Source: the human T2T-CHM13v2.0 reference genome, Homo sapiens
NCBI RefSeq assembly: GCF_009914755.1
Contig: NC_060925.1
DNA: 64,000 bases
Direction: 5' to 3' (one strand)
Below are positions 14,526 through 28,295 of the stretch, in pieces. Numbering within the stretch: position 1 is the first letter of the stretch; every line of letters begins with the position of its first letter. The notes under the pieces were generated by a model. That model did no database searches. It saw only the letters and a program-made list of their open reading frames with translations, and had not been told where the DNA came from. The position numbers were made by a program, and so were the translations under genes.

Positions 14526-17382
14526 CGGACATCAGACAGGATAAAAGCCAGTTCACCATACAATAAATCCATCCATTCAGCAGAGGAGGAGACATAATGA
14601 AAGGAAGTTCCAGAAGTTAAGCATAAAGCGATGGGATAGGTTCGAGTATACACAGGGACTTGAATGCTGGCTAAAGGAATTTAGATTTATCCGGAAGACA
14701 TCAGAGTGTTCTGAATGAACACTTAACAGTCAGGGCAATTATTCATTAAAAACATAAAGCAAAATAAAAGAGATTTTAAAAATATATTTGAGGAGTTACT
14801 TCAGGAATAGTTAAATGATTTGAGATATCAGAAAGAAATTGACCAAAGAGAAACCCAGTCATGGGAAGCCAAGCAACTTCATTTGAGGCTGGGGACCTAG
14901 AGATATCTCTTGCTCAGAGAAACAGTCTCCTGAATAGAGACCAGGAATGAGATGGGATTATTCTCAGAGATGGGCTCCTGTCTTCAGACCAGGTGGGGAC
15001 TCTGATAATGGTGGGAGCTACATACTTGAGACACTACCTTTCTAATTTGGTACATTTAAGAGGACTAGTTGTATTCTCAAGCTACAACTACAGTTTGCCT
15101 ATTTGCCGATTTTTCACTTACAAGCTTGTGTTACCTATTAATTTGTCTGTATTCCCTCTGGAGAGTGAAAGCTTTGAAACATAATATAGACATCTTATTC
15201 TTTCTTGTATCCAGTACATAGTTGGGACTTAATAAATATCAAATCACATAATTATAGACACAATCTGAACCAGGAAGAGAAGTGGAGTGGGATTAGAATA
15301 AGAACATTACATTTCTGTGGTCCTGATTTAAAACTGGCTGGACTTTTAAGTTTATCTGGAAGACAGTGCAGCTCAGGGGCCTCAAACAGGCTCACTTAAT
15401 GAGCTAGGCAAATCTAGATGCTGGACACACTCCATCCTATATGTGATGAAATTCACTGTACTGAAAAGGAGGGGGCTAAGAGATTTCTGTGGGCAATTTA
15501 TTATGGGAGGTGGTCTGGGAGAGATATAGAAGGGGCAGGAAGTGTAGTTTGCCTAGGGCAGAGCCTCCAGAAAGAACCCTCAGCCCTAGGCAGAGACAGT
15601 AAGGGTTGGGTACTTGCTAGTTAACTTCAAAAAAATGCATTTGTGATGTGTGAGGTCTCTGAAGCATGTGTTTAAGTGGTGCAGGTCTTGGGTGGGGAAA
15701 AGGAGCAACTGGTGCATTGAGACCAGTGTTACTTTGCCTTCCTGCTAATGCTTAGTGCAAGGGAAGCACTTCTGAGGCACCATCAGAGTTATTTCTGGTG
15801 TCTGAGGGAAGAAAAGAGGAGAAAGAGAAGGAGAGAGAAAAGGGAAAAGGAAGTAAAGGAAGATGGGGTCTATCCCTGAGGCTGTCTAAATCAGGCACTC
15901 TCTCTCCAGGGCTCTGCTCTAACAGAGTGAGCGAGGTTTCATACCATTCTTCCACCTGCTGTTTCACTCACAAAGATCTTCTCTTCCTCCATCCAAACTG
16001 CATCTCAAAGTTTTCCCAGATGAAGCAATTGAAACCTGATGATCCTGCCCTGCTGGATTTTGGGATCCAATAGCTGCTCCTTTTCTGGCCTTGTCCTATT
16101 TTCCACCCTGGTCTTCATACCCTCTCCCATACCCCAACCCTACTCACCTTTGTCCTATACATGATTTGAAGGCCTTTGAGGACTGCCCCTACAGTCAGAA
16201 TGTTCCTTGTAATTGCTCATCTTTTTATTTACCCAACTGTTTCCTGAATACCTACTGTGTGTCAGGCATCAGAAATACAGAGGCAGGTGAGGCACACTCT
16301 TGAGCAGCAGGGAGTTTCATCAGTGCCTTTTAACTTAGCTGGGCACACCAGGAGCGATTCTGAGATGGAAGCATCCAGAGGTGAGGGACTGTGTTTAGAG
16401 AATGTTCCCAATTTAAGCACTGCCAAAACATGATTATCTCAATTTTCATGAAAGCTAAAGAAGAACTTTTCACTCTGTGGAAGGCTTTTCCACAATGTCC
16501 CTTGATAATTCCAAGAACAGCTCCCCTTTTGCATTTAAGAGACAGCAGGTGTGTGAAGGTTTTGCTTCCCACCCTCTGCTCAGCCTATTGTGTAAGGTGA
16601 GGTCCACCCACAGAGTTCCCTGTAGTATTTATGAAAGGGTGTTCACAAATGCCTTAGGGGAGAATGATGGAAACAAGAAGTCAAGGTCTCGTCCACAAAA
16701 CAAAATGAGTTGGGCTTTATTTTATTCCTGTTTTTTTCTCCTGAAACACAAAGTCTTTTCTAATGGCACATAGACTGTTTCATTCAACAAATACTAATGA
16801 GTATTTTCTTTGTGTCAGGAACAACATCAGGCTCTAGGAATGCAGAAGTGATAAAGGCACTGTCATCAAATAACAGTTTAATAGGTGAGATAGGATATGT
16901 ATCTTGGTCACACGACCCAAAGCAATAGTAAAGGCTGTGACATGTATCTATAAAGGTCAGAGGATGAAGGACTCATGTGTGGCTAGAGCAATGGGCCAAT
17001 CTCCACAGAGGTGATGACACGGAATGGGATGCTGACAGTCATGGATGATGGGTGGGGAGTAGACAAGGAAGGTCTTCCTCAGACCCTGGGTGATGTCGAA
17101 CCTGATTTTTCCCTCCAATCCTACATAGAATTCAACAGCAGCTGCAACCCGCCCAGCCTCCCAAGGACATCATCCAGATTAGCCAGTGTACCCACTTCTG
17201 CGTAGGCCAATCTGAAGGCCCCAGCCTTCTGCTCACTCACGCACCTGCAGATGCCTTTGAACCACATCCCAGCTACATGTAGCTGAGGAATCTAGCACTG
17301 GGAATTGTGAAATACCCAGATCAATCATCCACTCCATGGCTCTCCTCCAATGACATGTGGCCTGGAGGCTTCAACTGGAGGA

Positions 17383-17391
17383 TATATAAAA
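17383..17391 (+). promoter_or_regulatory. TATA box (TATATAAAA) of LCE6A
   Basis: Canonical TATA followed by splice donors at 17467 and 17570. Confidence 0.85.
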
Positions 17392-17414
17392 GAGCCTCTT
17401 ACTTCCTGGCAACA

Positions 17415-17569
17415 CAAGGCCTCCAGACTCCTCCTGGGATAACTTGTCCACACATCTTCCACTAGGGTAAGGCTACTTCTGGCTGAGGAGACACTTGGAT
17501 GTAGCTCAAGTGCTGCTTAGGCAGTCCTGATCTCTCCTCTCGTCTCTTCCCAGGGAGCTGAAAAGCCAG
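17415..17569 (+). other. LCE6A: LCE6A non-coding exon 1 region (long form ends at CAG|GTAGGA 17570; short form ends at 17466); exon 2 starts 18058
   Basis: TATA, two donors, acceptor tttttcttccAG at 18056-18057, 21 nt of UTR before the ATG. Confidence 0.65.
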
Positions 17570-18078
17570 GTAGGAGATGCTTGGGGTAGAAAGAAGGGAA
17601 GAGAAGTGGATCCCTGCAAAAGAAAGACCCCAAATAATCTAACATGGGAGAAAGCCATAGAAGTTAGAGGGCCAGAAAAGCAGAGATGGGACAGTCAGAC
17701 TTAGGAGTCTGGGGACAGAATAAGACAGAGTAAAGAAAGAGCAGAGACTTGGCTCTCCTTTGCACTTAACCAGGTGGACATTGGGCTGGGAAAAGTAAAC
17801 TGTCAGCTCAACTAAGTACAATTTGTCTTTTTTTTTTTTTAAGGAAGCATATATCATTAACATGGTTATTAGTAAGTGAGTCCCCTGGGAAGATTTACTC
17901 CCAAATATTTAGTCCTTTCAAGTCCGTTTTTCTCCTCCTGAGATGGAGTTCAGTGGGTTGTAAATGCTGGACTTCATTTTTGACAGCTCCAGTTTGTGGA
18001 GGAGAGAAACAGAAGCCCAAGCTGCCTGGGTCCCTGATATAACTATTTTTCTTCCAGATTCGACCTGGTAGCCAAGCA

Positions 18079-18321
18079 ATGTCACAGCAGAAGCAGCAAT
18101 CTTGGAAGCCTCCAAATGTTCCCAAATGCTCCCCTCCCCAAAGATCAAACCCCTGCCTAGCTCCCTACTCGACTCCTTGTGGTGCTCCCCATTCAGAAGG
18201 TTGTCATTCCAGTTCCCAAAGGCCTGAGGTTCAGAAGCCTAGGAGGGCTCGTCAAAAGCTGCGCTGCCTAAGTAGGGGCACAACCTACCACTGCAAAGAG
18301 GAAGAGTGTGAAGGCGACTGA
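18079..18321 (+). CDS. LCE6A: Late cornified envelope protein 6A (80 aa)
   Basis: MSQQKQQSWKPPNVPKCSPP...HCKEEECEGD matches LCE6A as recalled; acceptor 21 nt upstream, AATAAA downstream. Confidence 0.95.
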   Translation: MSQQKQQSWKPPNVPKCSPPQRSNPCLAPYSTPCGAPHSEGCHSSSQRPEVQKPRRARQKLRCLSRGTTYHCKEEECEGD

Positions 18322-18520
18322 GCCCAGAAGAGTTGAGGCACAGGTGCAGTTACTCTCTCCCTGCCCCACCTTTGGGTACTAATTCCCCCTTGGAAAGCCA
18401 GGCCCTCAACCTCTCATTTGGACTGAGAAACACTTCCTGATCCCCAGCTCTAGAGAAGCGAGAACTAGGCTGAGCCACGCTGCTACTGCTCTCTTCCATT
18501 CACCCCTTCAGCTCAGCAAC

Positions 18521-18526
18521 AATAAA
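18521..18526 (+). terminator. LCE6A polyadenylation signal AATAAA
   Basis: AATAAA 200 nt after the stop. Confidence 0.8.
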
Positions 18527-19778
18527 GCTGCTTTACTTGGAGCCCTGACTTCTGTGAGTTCTTGAGACCCCTGCTCAGATGTACTGAGACCCCCGCTTCA
18601 ACCCAAGTGCATGGTGCTTCTCCTCCTTCCTCTTAAGACAGCTGATAGTATTTTTAAGAAGCAGATGTTCTGGGATTTATGTCCCAGTTTCCAGCAGCCT
18701 CACAGCCATCAACCCATGTCATTGCATGATTCTAGCACCAAAGACTACAATAAACATATGTTGAGCACCTACTGTGTACTGGCCTCTGTGTTTACAGATG
18801 TAAGTGGGAAATTTGTCCCTGCTCTAGAAAGCTTATAATCCAGTAGGAGATGCAATGGACACTTCAGATAGAAACAAGTGGATTAGTAAATATCATTTTA
18901 AGCTGATTAATTTACTCATTTTTATCTCTCATTTGTGTTCAAAAGAACTTAAAGCAGAAATTTAAAAAGTACCTTAGGTCAAAGACAGCAGAGAGAGGAG
19001 AACCATTCTGATGGTGTGGATCAAATGTGGTTTCCTAGGCCTTGGAAGGAAAGAGAGTATCCCACTTGGGAGTGGGGAGAAGAGGCTCCCAGACCTCTAA
19101 AGATAGCAGACTTTGGTGCTAGGAGGTGCAGTGAAGAGGAAAGTTCATCCAGGTGGAAGATCCAGCATAAACAAATGCATAACAAGGGTGGTACTTGCCA
19201 ATGGTGTGTATTTCAATTTGGCTGGAGTGCCAGGTGTGAGATGAGAGATATGACACAGTTCATAACCCCAAGTCTTCATGATAATTCAAACCAGCTGAGT
19301 TTACTGAGCTTTAGGTATCAAACACCAGCTACCAAAAGATCATACCTCTGGGAAAAGTCTGGGCCCAAACCCCAAGTCTAGTAGTCTGAGATGAGGGAAG
19401 CATGACATAAATTACACAGACTTGAAGGGGACTTGAAGCTCAACTATGATGCATATAAATATAAGTTTATGTAAATAATTTTGTTGATCTGCATTTTTGG
19501 CAAGACATTAAAAGCATTACTTTTTTTAACCAAATATCCAACTCAATAGATTGTATTGACCAGGCTCAGAACAGAATTTCAACCTGTAATATCCAGTATA
19601 TGGGATTCTCATTTTCAGAGCTTAGTAATTCTCCTCATTGCTGGGACATGATGTCACCTTTGTGATGACACACATCTATATGCAGATATGTATCATGGTT
19701 ATATATAATTATAATTTCATATGCATGATTTTTCTCATTAAACAAATGACACACACTTGTATAAAGATTTGTTAATGG

Positions 19779-19855
19779 GCATATGTAACTAACCTGCACA
19801 ATGTGCACATGTACCCTAAAACTTAAAGTATAATAAAAAAAAAAAAAGAAAAAAA
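19779..19855 (+). mobile_element. Extremely truncated young L1 3' end (~55 nt plus poly(A)) with 16-bp TSD AAAGATTTGTTAATGG (19763-19778 / 19856-19871)
   Basis: CATATGTAACTAACCTGCACAATGTGCACATGTACCCTAAAACTTAAAGTATAAT then poly(A), between exact direct repeats. Confidence 0.92.
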
Positions 19856-22769
19856 AAAGATTTGTTAATGGAGATAAGCTTAAGGAAGATGACTAAGATC
19901 AACCTAAAAATCCTATCACCTAAAAATAACCATGGCTAATCATTTCATAGATGTATTTGCAAACCTTTAAACATCACACAATGGGTTCATTACAGAATAC
20001 TTTATAACCTACATTTTTTTTACTGTTAAGTAAATGGTAAAATTGAACAAGAGTCATTGTCAATACTCTTCCATGCTGGTAAATATTGATCAACACTATT
20101 TACACATGATATTCACAAACACATCATGGTCTGCATAACTAGGTCTCCAATACTGGGCATTTATGTTGTTTTTGCACTTGCTGTCAAGTGTAATTTAAAA
20201 TAATCATTCCCATTGATAGTTACTCTTAATTTTCTTAGAATAAGTTTTTAGAATTGGAATAAATTAGCAAAACTATGAAGACTTTTTCAGACTCTTCAGC
20301 AAGACTGCATTTTGGGAGCAATAAAAATTACTCCACTTAAGAAATTAATTATGGTAGAGGGGATTTCTTTTGTTTGAGAGCAAAAGTGAATACAAAGTTA
20401 AAAGACTGCCCATGTTTATAGTGGAAAAAGTCCACTTTTTGAGAAGAGACACTTCCTAAAAAGCTTGAGAGGTGTCCACCTATTTGCCATCATAAAATCT
20501 ATACTTTAAAGAAAGTTTAGATGCCTTCCTCTTTTGAGGAAAAAAGAGTGCTTTGTATTATATGAAGCAATATCTTATGAATATTGATATACCATTGTTT
20601 GAAATTTTGTGTCTATATTTGCATGAGAGATTTTTGGGAAGAATCCCATATTTCCCTAGGAAAAATACAAAATATCAATGTTGAGTTGATTGTGTAAAGC
20701 TCAATGTGTAAGAACATCTTTTTTTCTACTTTTTATTTCTGCTCTTTATTGAAGACAGGTATTTACCAAAGGAAAATTTTTTAAAAAGTTTTTACAGAAA
20801 CTGTTTTTCTTTGACAGGAATATTACTTACTATTTTGGCCTACTCAGCTTTCTCTAGTCAGTACTTGAATTCCCTGTGCTAAGTGTTCAACCTATGTATT
20901 ATTCTATAGATACACTGGTTAGTCTGTGTCAAATTGATTTCTAAATTACTACAATGAAAATAAACTAATGATTTGATTATTGTTTTTCTTTATAAAGGCT
21001 GTATTTGGCATCTTCACAATTCCTAAAATATGCCTGTACATCAGAAATGTCAATAGGAGTGACTTTTTTATATGGCTTTAGGATGGCTTCATTTTAATAC
21101 TACATGTACATTGTATTTTGTTTTATAGTAATAAGTAATGAAAAATGCAGACTTTATATTTTACACAAAATGTCCTGTAAATCTATATATATGTTATGAT
21201 TTATACATAAATATATATGTAGTTTTAAGCATTCTCACCACAAAAAAAGGTATGTGAGATAATGCATGTTAATTAGCTTGATTTACTCATTCCACAATGT
21301 ACACATTATTTCAAAACAATATGTTGTACATGCTAAATATATACAGCACAAATTTTATTTGCCAGTTAAAATAAATAAATACATGTATTTTTTAAATGTC
21401 CTATATATAAAATTTTGTAACTTCATAGGAACAACAAAAGTAGGTAAATGGTACAATTCCTTTTATTTAGAATATATCTAACTTTATGCTTTTAACAAAT
21501 GTTAAAAATCTTACATATATTTTACATCTTTTAATTCAGAAAACTTTATTTTGACAGAAAAACTTTATATATTTGATATTTAACATATTATTTTATCTAA
21601 TTTTTAGAAAATGTTAAATGCTATATTGTTTGGACTAAATAAAGAACACATAAGTTAAAAGAAAAAAAGGTGCTAGGTGTTTAGAAGCGCTCCCCAGGGA
21701 CTTTGAAACATCCCCAGGTGTCAGTTCCTAACACTACTCTGTCTTCCTTAACAAGTCTGGACTCCAGCCTTCCAGCAAGCAAGCTCTTGCACGGAAGCTG
21801 AACTTGAGCCCAGTGATCTCAGTTCAGGCCATCCACTGCCTCAATATGCCCAGCTTTTCCGGGTCTCCAGCCAGGACAAATAGGGCCCTCTTCAGCCTGG
21901 CCCATGGTCAACATAGTCAACCTCTACTGCGGCTGGCATAGCCCACTCCCTAAGTATAACACCTTTTTAGCAGCTATGAGTTTACAGTGTTTGACAGGCG
22001 GTATTTTGCTATTGGATGGTATACACTTCATGATACAGCATAAATAATAAGTCGTTCCTTTTATTTATTCCTGTACAGATATCACAAATAATATATTAAA
22101 ATAAAATTAATCTAAAGTGAAGGAAATGCGGTGCTGATTTAGTACGAAGTCAAGAAATACTGCCAAAACTTCAGGAATGAAGAAATAGAGTTTTAATTAT
22201 AGCATTTAAAGTTATAGAGGTAGCCAATAATGATATTAAAATTAAAAATATGTCTAAATAAGAAGGAGGGAGGGAAGGGATGATGAATGTGAGCTTAATT
22301 CTGTTTTTTATTGAGAAGGTAAATAGACACGGCCTAAGAAATAAATGTATAAGCAGATTATTTAGACTGATACTTAATTTTTTCATATTACAACTATTTG
22401 GATTACCTGACTTTAAATTTTCATTTAAATGTATTGCTTTTCTATAAATAAATAACTAAAAGCCCATCCCCTTTTTTCACATGCATCTGTAAGAGTCCTA
22501 GGCCAAACCTTCCCTAACAGAGCAAGTACAAGTTGAAATCCTGTCAGATGAAACTCACTTCAAATCTTTGACAACTCCGTGGCTTTATGAAAATTTCTGT
22601 ACCTCTGAAATCTTCCTCATCTAAAAATTAGATAAAAATTATAGTATCTGCCTTGTGAGACTGTGGAGGGATCGCACATGATATCATAGGTAACATGTAC
22701 TGCATATCTAACTCAATTTAACTCCAAGTTGTAAGTTCGTTGTAGTTTACATTTGGGGTACATTCTATT

Positions 22770-24090
22770 TTTTTAAATAGATTGTTTATTTTATAATAAT
22801 TTTAGATTTACAGAAAAATTGCAAACATAGTTAAGAATTCCTGTATATCTGCACTCAGTTTCCTTTGTTAATATCTAACATTAATAGTAAATTTGTTATA
22901 ATCAATTTTCTGTGTTCCTGAGTCCCATTTAGGAAAATCAAGTTATAGTCAGTGGTCACATCTTCTCAGGTTCCTCTTGACTGTGACTGTTTCTCAGACT
23001 TTTTTTATTAAGTTGGTGCAAAAGTAATAGTGCAATTAATTTTGCACCAACCTAGTATTTTGGATGACTTTGACAGTTTGAGCAGTACTGTTGGGTATTT
23101 CGTAGAGTGTCTGTCAATTGAGATTTGTGTAGTGTTTTTCCTATGATTATAATAGGATTATTGACCTTTGGGAGGAAGACCACAGAGGTTAAGTGCCATT
23201 CTCATCACATCATATCAAGGTTATATAGCAATGTGACCTCACTGCAAACACTGACCCTGGACAGTGTTCATCAAGTTTCTCTATTGTAAAGTTACTCCAT
23301 TTCTTTCCCTTTCAGTACTCATGTCTTAGGAAGGATGTCACTCCACATCACCCATTCCAAGGGCAAGACACCTCCTTATGGGGCTGGGAGTACATGTTAT
23401 ATATGCTGTATAAATTATTTGTAATTCTTCTCTATGAGAGATTTTCCTATTTTCCCTCCCTTTTTAAGAACTATACAATCATTTCTTCTTATCAGCATGA
23501 ACTGATGGATATTGGATAATATTTATGTCATACTTTGGGTTATAATCCAATATATGTCATTTACTTGTTGCTCATATTTTTCCAGCCTTGGGAACTCTTT
23601 CAGTTGGCTCTTGTGTCTCTTCCCCAATAACACCACCACTTCCTTTTCTGAGCACTCCCTGGCTTTCTGGTCATACAAGATGCTTCAGACTTATCTTGTA
23701 TAGTCTCTGTCCTGAACCTAGATTAACTCATTGCTCTAGTGAGCCTTGGCTTCTGTTATTGAAAAATTGTGTTGTAAACCAAGTGTGTTGGTTGTGCTCA
23801 TTGCTAGTGGAATGTCATTGCTTCTAAGCTTTCTCAGTGGACAGAGATTAGAAATATATGTGCATATACTAATCAGTGTATATCCATAATTATTTCAATA
23901 TGTATCCATCTTTTTCTGTATAAGCTAACCATTAGTTTATACTGATGTCCTTAACTCTAATTTAGTATCACATGGTTTATTCTAGCCTTCCTTGCTTAGC
24001 TATCATTTCTTACTCCAATATTGAGAAATCAGGCTCTCACCATCTGCCGTATATTCAATTATATGTTCAATCCCAGTTTGCCTATATGGT
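22770..24090 (-). mobile_element. Old L1MC/ME-type 3' region
   Basis: TTTTAGATTTACAGAAAAATTGCAAA start and GGAAGACCACAGAGGTTAAGTGCCATTCTCATCACATCATATCAAGG motif; boundaries approximate. Confidence 0.6.
23008..23055. mobile_element. Internally shortened MADE1 (Hsmar1 mariner MITE)
   Basis: TTAAGTTGGTGCAAAAGTAAT...ATTAATTTTGCACCAACCTA palindromic mariner TIRs. Confidence 0.8.
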
Positions 24091-24289
24091 GTACTCTATT
24101 TTAAAAACAAAATTATAAAATGCTCAGTAGTCAGTGTATCCTATGTAAACAACATTTTTTTCTTGACTTTGCAGGTTATATGATTGTTTATTGAAAAGAA
24201 AGAATGAGTGAGCCAGGGTTCTTGAAACTGGGTAAGGATGGGATCAAGGTAAAGACAGAACATCCTGAAGGTCAAGGAGCTGAACAGAG

Positions 24290-24590
24290 CCTCAGCATCG
24301 TGGCTTAAGGCTGTAATCTCAGTACTTTGGAAGGCCAAGGCTGGAAGATCACTTGAGCCCAGGAGCTTGAGACCAGTCTGGGCAATATAACAAGATCTCA
24401 TCTGGACTAAAATGGTAAAAAAAAAAAAAGAAAAAATAGCTTGGCATGGTGGCATGCAGCTGTGGTACCAGCTACTCAGGAGACTGAGGCAGGAGGATCC
24501 CTTGACCCAGGAATTCAAGGCTTCAGTGGGCTATGATTGTACCACTCACTGTACTCCAGCCTGGGCAACAGAGTGAGACGGTCTCTAAAA
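24290..24590 (+). mobile_element. AluJ-like element
   Basis: Dimeric Alu with GATCACTTGAGCCCAGGAG AluJ-type motifs. Confidence 0.85.
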
Positions 24591-26239
24591 AGGAGGAGCA
24601 GCTAGTGGGGGTTGGAGGCTGAATAGAAGTAGGCTTTCACTCCATGGGGACCTCCTTCTATCAAAACCTCCTACTCAGCTTCCTCCTCCTGCCATTCCAT
24701 CTTAACAGACCCACTTCTGAGAACAAGCTTCCTTCGTATAGTTTGGACACAAAGAGTGAGGTTATGGGTATCTTGCATGGGGTTATGGGCATGAGAGGGC
24801 CTCACTCCATATAAGGCACAGGTTGAAACAGTTTTGATTGTCCCTATGAAGCAGAACAGGAGTGAACATAGCATCTCTGTTACACAACTATAAATAGGAA
24901 ATCAGGAAACCATAGGGAACAGGCTGTGAGTAGATAAAAGAGCACATGATATTCAATCTGCAACCTACATAGTTGCTATACCTCAGCCTAATGAGTAGTT
25001 CTGAACTTCCTGACATACAGAATATAAACAGACAGTCTATTATACACTCGTTTTTTCTTCAAAGAAAGGATAGACCATCATAACAGTGGATTCTAAAAGA
25101 AATTGTTTGCAATAGTCAGCAAGACGCTTAACAACACTCTTACAACAAATACACAGATGGTTGACAAACCCATACTGCTTTGTCTCCCATTGAAAAACAC
25201 ACAGTACATTGAAACAGAATGTTATTCATGATATGGCAGAAAGGGTATACCAAGAATACAAGGAAGCAAAAATGCAGATGCCTAAAAGCAGAAGGTCTCT
25301 CAGGCCAACCATAGCTTGGCTTACAAGATACATAATTTACCCATCTGTGAAATGTGGACAATAAAAAACTTAATGCATCACTCTAGCATAAAATGATGTC
25401 CAAATAAGATAAAAGAGCCCTAACTAAATGTGTTTCTTGCTACTTCATTCACCACCCTTCCCAGATATCATCTAACATCTAGCCAGGGAAGATTTCAATA
25501 CCACCTACACCTTTTACATACACACACACACATACACACACGCATGCATGCACGCACACACAGAGTCTATAACTCTTCTCTCTCTAGCAGCTCTGCCAGT
25601 TCTCTCAAGTCCTTGTTTCTCACTGGCCCCAATCCTCCTCCTCTGAGCTCCAATATGCCCTCCCTACATGGACCTAGAGGTGCCTCCTTATCTTTCTAAT
25701 AGTCAGTCCTGGAGTTACATCCTTATCTCTGTCAGAATCTCTCTGCCCTGCTTTGATTGCTGGAGGAGTAGAAATGATCGAGGCACCCTGAATCTAATGA
25801 GAACTCAGCCCCTGCCTAGACCAAGGACTAACTCTAATGGCTTCTCTAATGTCCAGTTTGTTCTCACAGCCTACAGGTAAATATTTTAGGAAACTTTCCC
25901 TATTATGGCTTTATACAATAAGCGTGATATGTGAAAATGGTTCCCCAAGTGTAAGACTCCAACCTTGAATCCTTGCCCAATCCATGTCAGTATCCATTGT
26001 CATGGCTGCAGCCCCAATCTATATGTGACTTGGGGTGATTTTTTATAAGAAATGGAAGTGGTCCTGAGAGTGGATTAGGGAGAGTGTTGTGAAACCAGCT
26101 TTGCTTAGTCACCAACATGCTCTCTTGGCATTCATGGGTATTCATAAATCATGGGAGAAATAAAGAGATAGGCCCCCATCATTGAGGGACACTGAGCTAA
26201 ACAAATGATAATAATAATAAGAAGAAGAAGAACAGCAAC

Positions 26240-26470
26240 AATCTGTATTTATATAGTGCTTACTACGTACCAAGTACTCTTCTAAGCACTCTACTCATAT
26301 TACTTATTTAATTCTCACAACACCTCTATGAAGGAGATGTTATCACCATTTTACAGACCAGCAACTAAGGCAGAGATGTCAAGTGACAAGCCTAAAGTTT
26401 ACAACCAGTAAGTGACGAAACCTAGGCTTGAAGTTAGGAAATCTGGCTACCAACACTAAACACTGAGCTG
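26240..26470. mobile_element. MIR
   Basis: TTTAATTCTCACAACACCTCTATG...CCATTTTACAGA core; preceded by an (AAT)n(AAG)n microsatellite. Confidence 0.7.
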
Positions 26471-26866
26471 CTATGCTGTGCTCCCAGAAGTGTGATGCTG
26501 TGCTCCCAGAAGTGTAGTGCTGGATGGGCATGCTCTCCTCTTGCTACCTTGCATCCCTGCTCCTCCTCCATCCACCCCTAGTCATAAACACTGGGTTGGA
26601 ACTTAATCAACCCTAGGTTTAGTCTTGATTCTGACACTATTTTAACTTTGTGGATTAAGTAAGGTGACTTTTGTGAACCTCCAACTCTTGTTTCTAAAAT
26701 GAAGGCCTATAACCAAGCCCACTGAAATATTTTATTTGTAATTAACTCAATCATTCAATGAACCCCTAGTAAGTACCAGCTATATGTAAAGAACTGCTTT
26801 ATTTAGGTATTATAGTGATTACCTCTTTATGATCTGATCTTATGCATTTTTTGGAGAAAAATTTCT

Positions 26867-27500
26867 TTTTTTTATTATACTTTAAGTTCTAGGGTACATG
26901 TGTACAACGTGCAGGTTTGTTACATATGTATACATGTGCCATGTTGGTGTGCTGCACCCATTAACTCGTCATTTACATTAGGTATACCTCCTAATGCTAT
27001 CCCTCCCCACTCCCCCAACCCCATGACAGGCCCCAGTGTGTGGTGTTCCCCACCCTGTGTCCAAGTGTTCTCATAGTTCAACTCCCACCTATGAGTGAGA
27101 ACATGCGGTGTTTGGTTTTCTGTTCTTGTGATAGTTTGCTCAGAATGATGGTTTCCAGCTTCATCCATGTCCCCACAAAGGACATGGACTCATCCTTTTT
27201 TATGGCTGCATAGTTTTCCATGGTGTATATGTACCACATTTTCTTAATCCAGTCTATTATTGATGGACATTTGGGTTGGTTCCAAGTCCTTGCTATTGTG
27301 AATAGTGCCGCAATAAACATACGTGTGCATGTGTCTTTACAGCAGCATGACTTATAATCCTTTGGGTATATACCCAGTAATGGGATGGCTGGGTCAAATG
27401 GTATTTCTAGTTCTAGATCCTTGAGGAATTGCCACACGGTCTTCCACAATGGTTGAACTAGTTTACAGTCTCACCAACTGTGTAAAAGTGTTCCTATTTT
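26867..27500 (-). mobile_element. 5'-truncated L1PA (ORF2 C-terminus plus 3'UTR) with 16-bp TSD TTGGAGAAAAATTTCT (26851-26866 / 27502-27517)
   Basis: Minus-strand ORF ...[16 protein letters not shown]...; direct repeats on both flanks. Confidence 0.93.
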
Positions 27501-27944
27501 ATTGGAGAAAAATTTCTAACAAAGATAACAATGTGGAAAGAAATGGACTGCCTTGTGAGGTAATGAGTTCTCCAACTAAAAGCATTTTCATTTAGGCCAG
27601 GAAGCTCACCACTAGGCATGTGGGTGAGGAGATACAAGCTCCTGGTGGAAAACCACACTACATTCTTTCTAAGGCCTCTGCAAGGCTAAATAAGTTTGTG
27701 AGTTTACTATGCTTCCTGCATCTTTCAATTTCCTAGGAAGATCCCTAGAGGAGCTCAGAGGAAGGTGGTAGGACTGTGAAAATGTTGTTACCAGAATGTT
27801 TCATGGGCTGGCTATAGTTCTACGGTTCTACCAGAACATGCCAGGACAGTGGCTACCAAACTAGGTAGAATAACCTGGGAAATAGTTAACCAATGTAAAT
27901 CATAAAGACCCACTCCTTGGAGATTATGATTCAGTAGGTCTTAG

Positions 27945-28295
<351 letters not shown>

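Noticed and set aside
14160-14653. Lys/Arg-rich and Phe/Leu-rich ORFs
   Set aside because: Translations of the GA-rich simple repeat
24888-24932. TATAAATA followed by GTGAGT, as a possible further EDC first exon
   Set aside because: The exon would be only ~10 nt, and I found no acceptor plus LCE-like ORF downstream
26473-26516. 22-bp tandem duplication (a similar ~27-bp one at about 46173-46225)
   Set aside because: Ordinary slippage duplications with no spacer structure; not CRISPR-like
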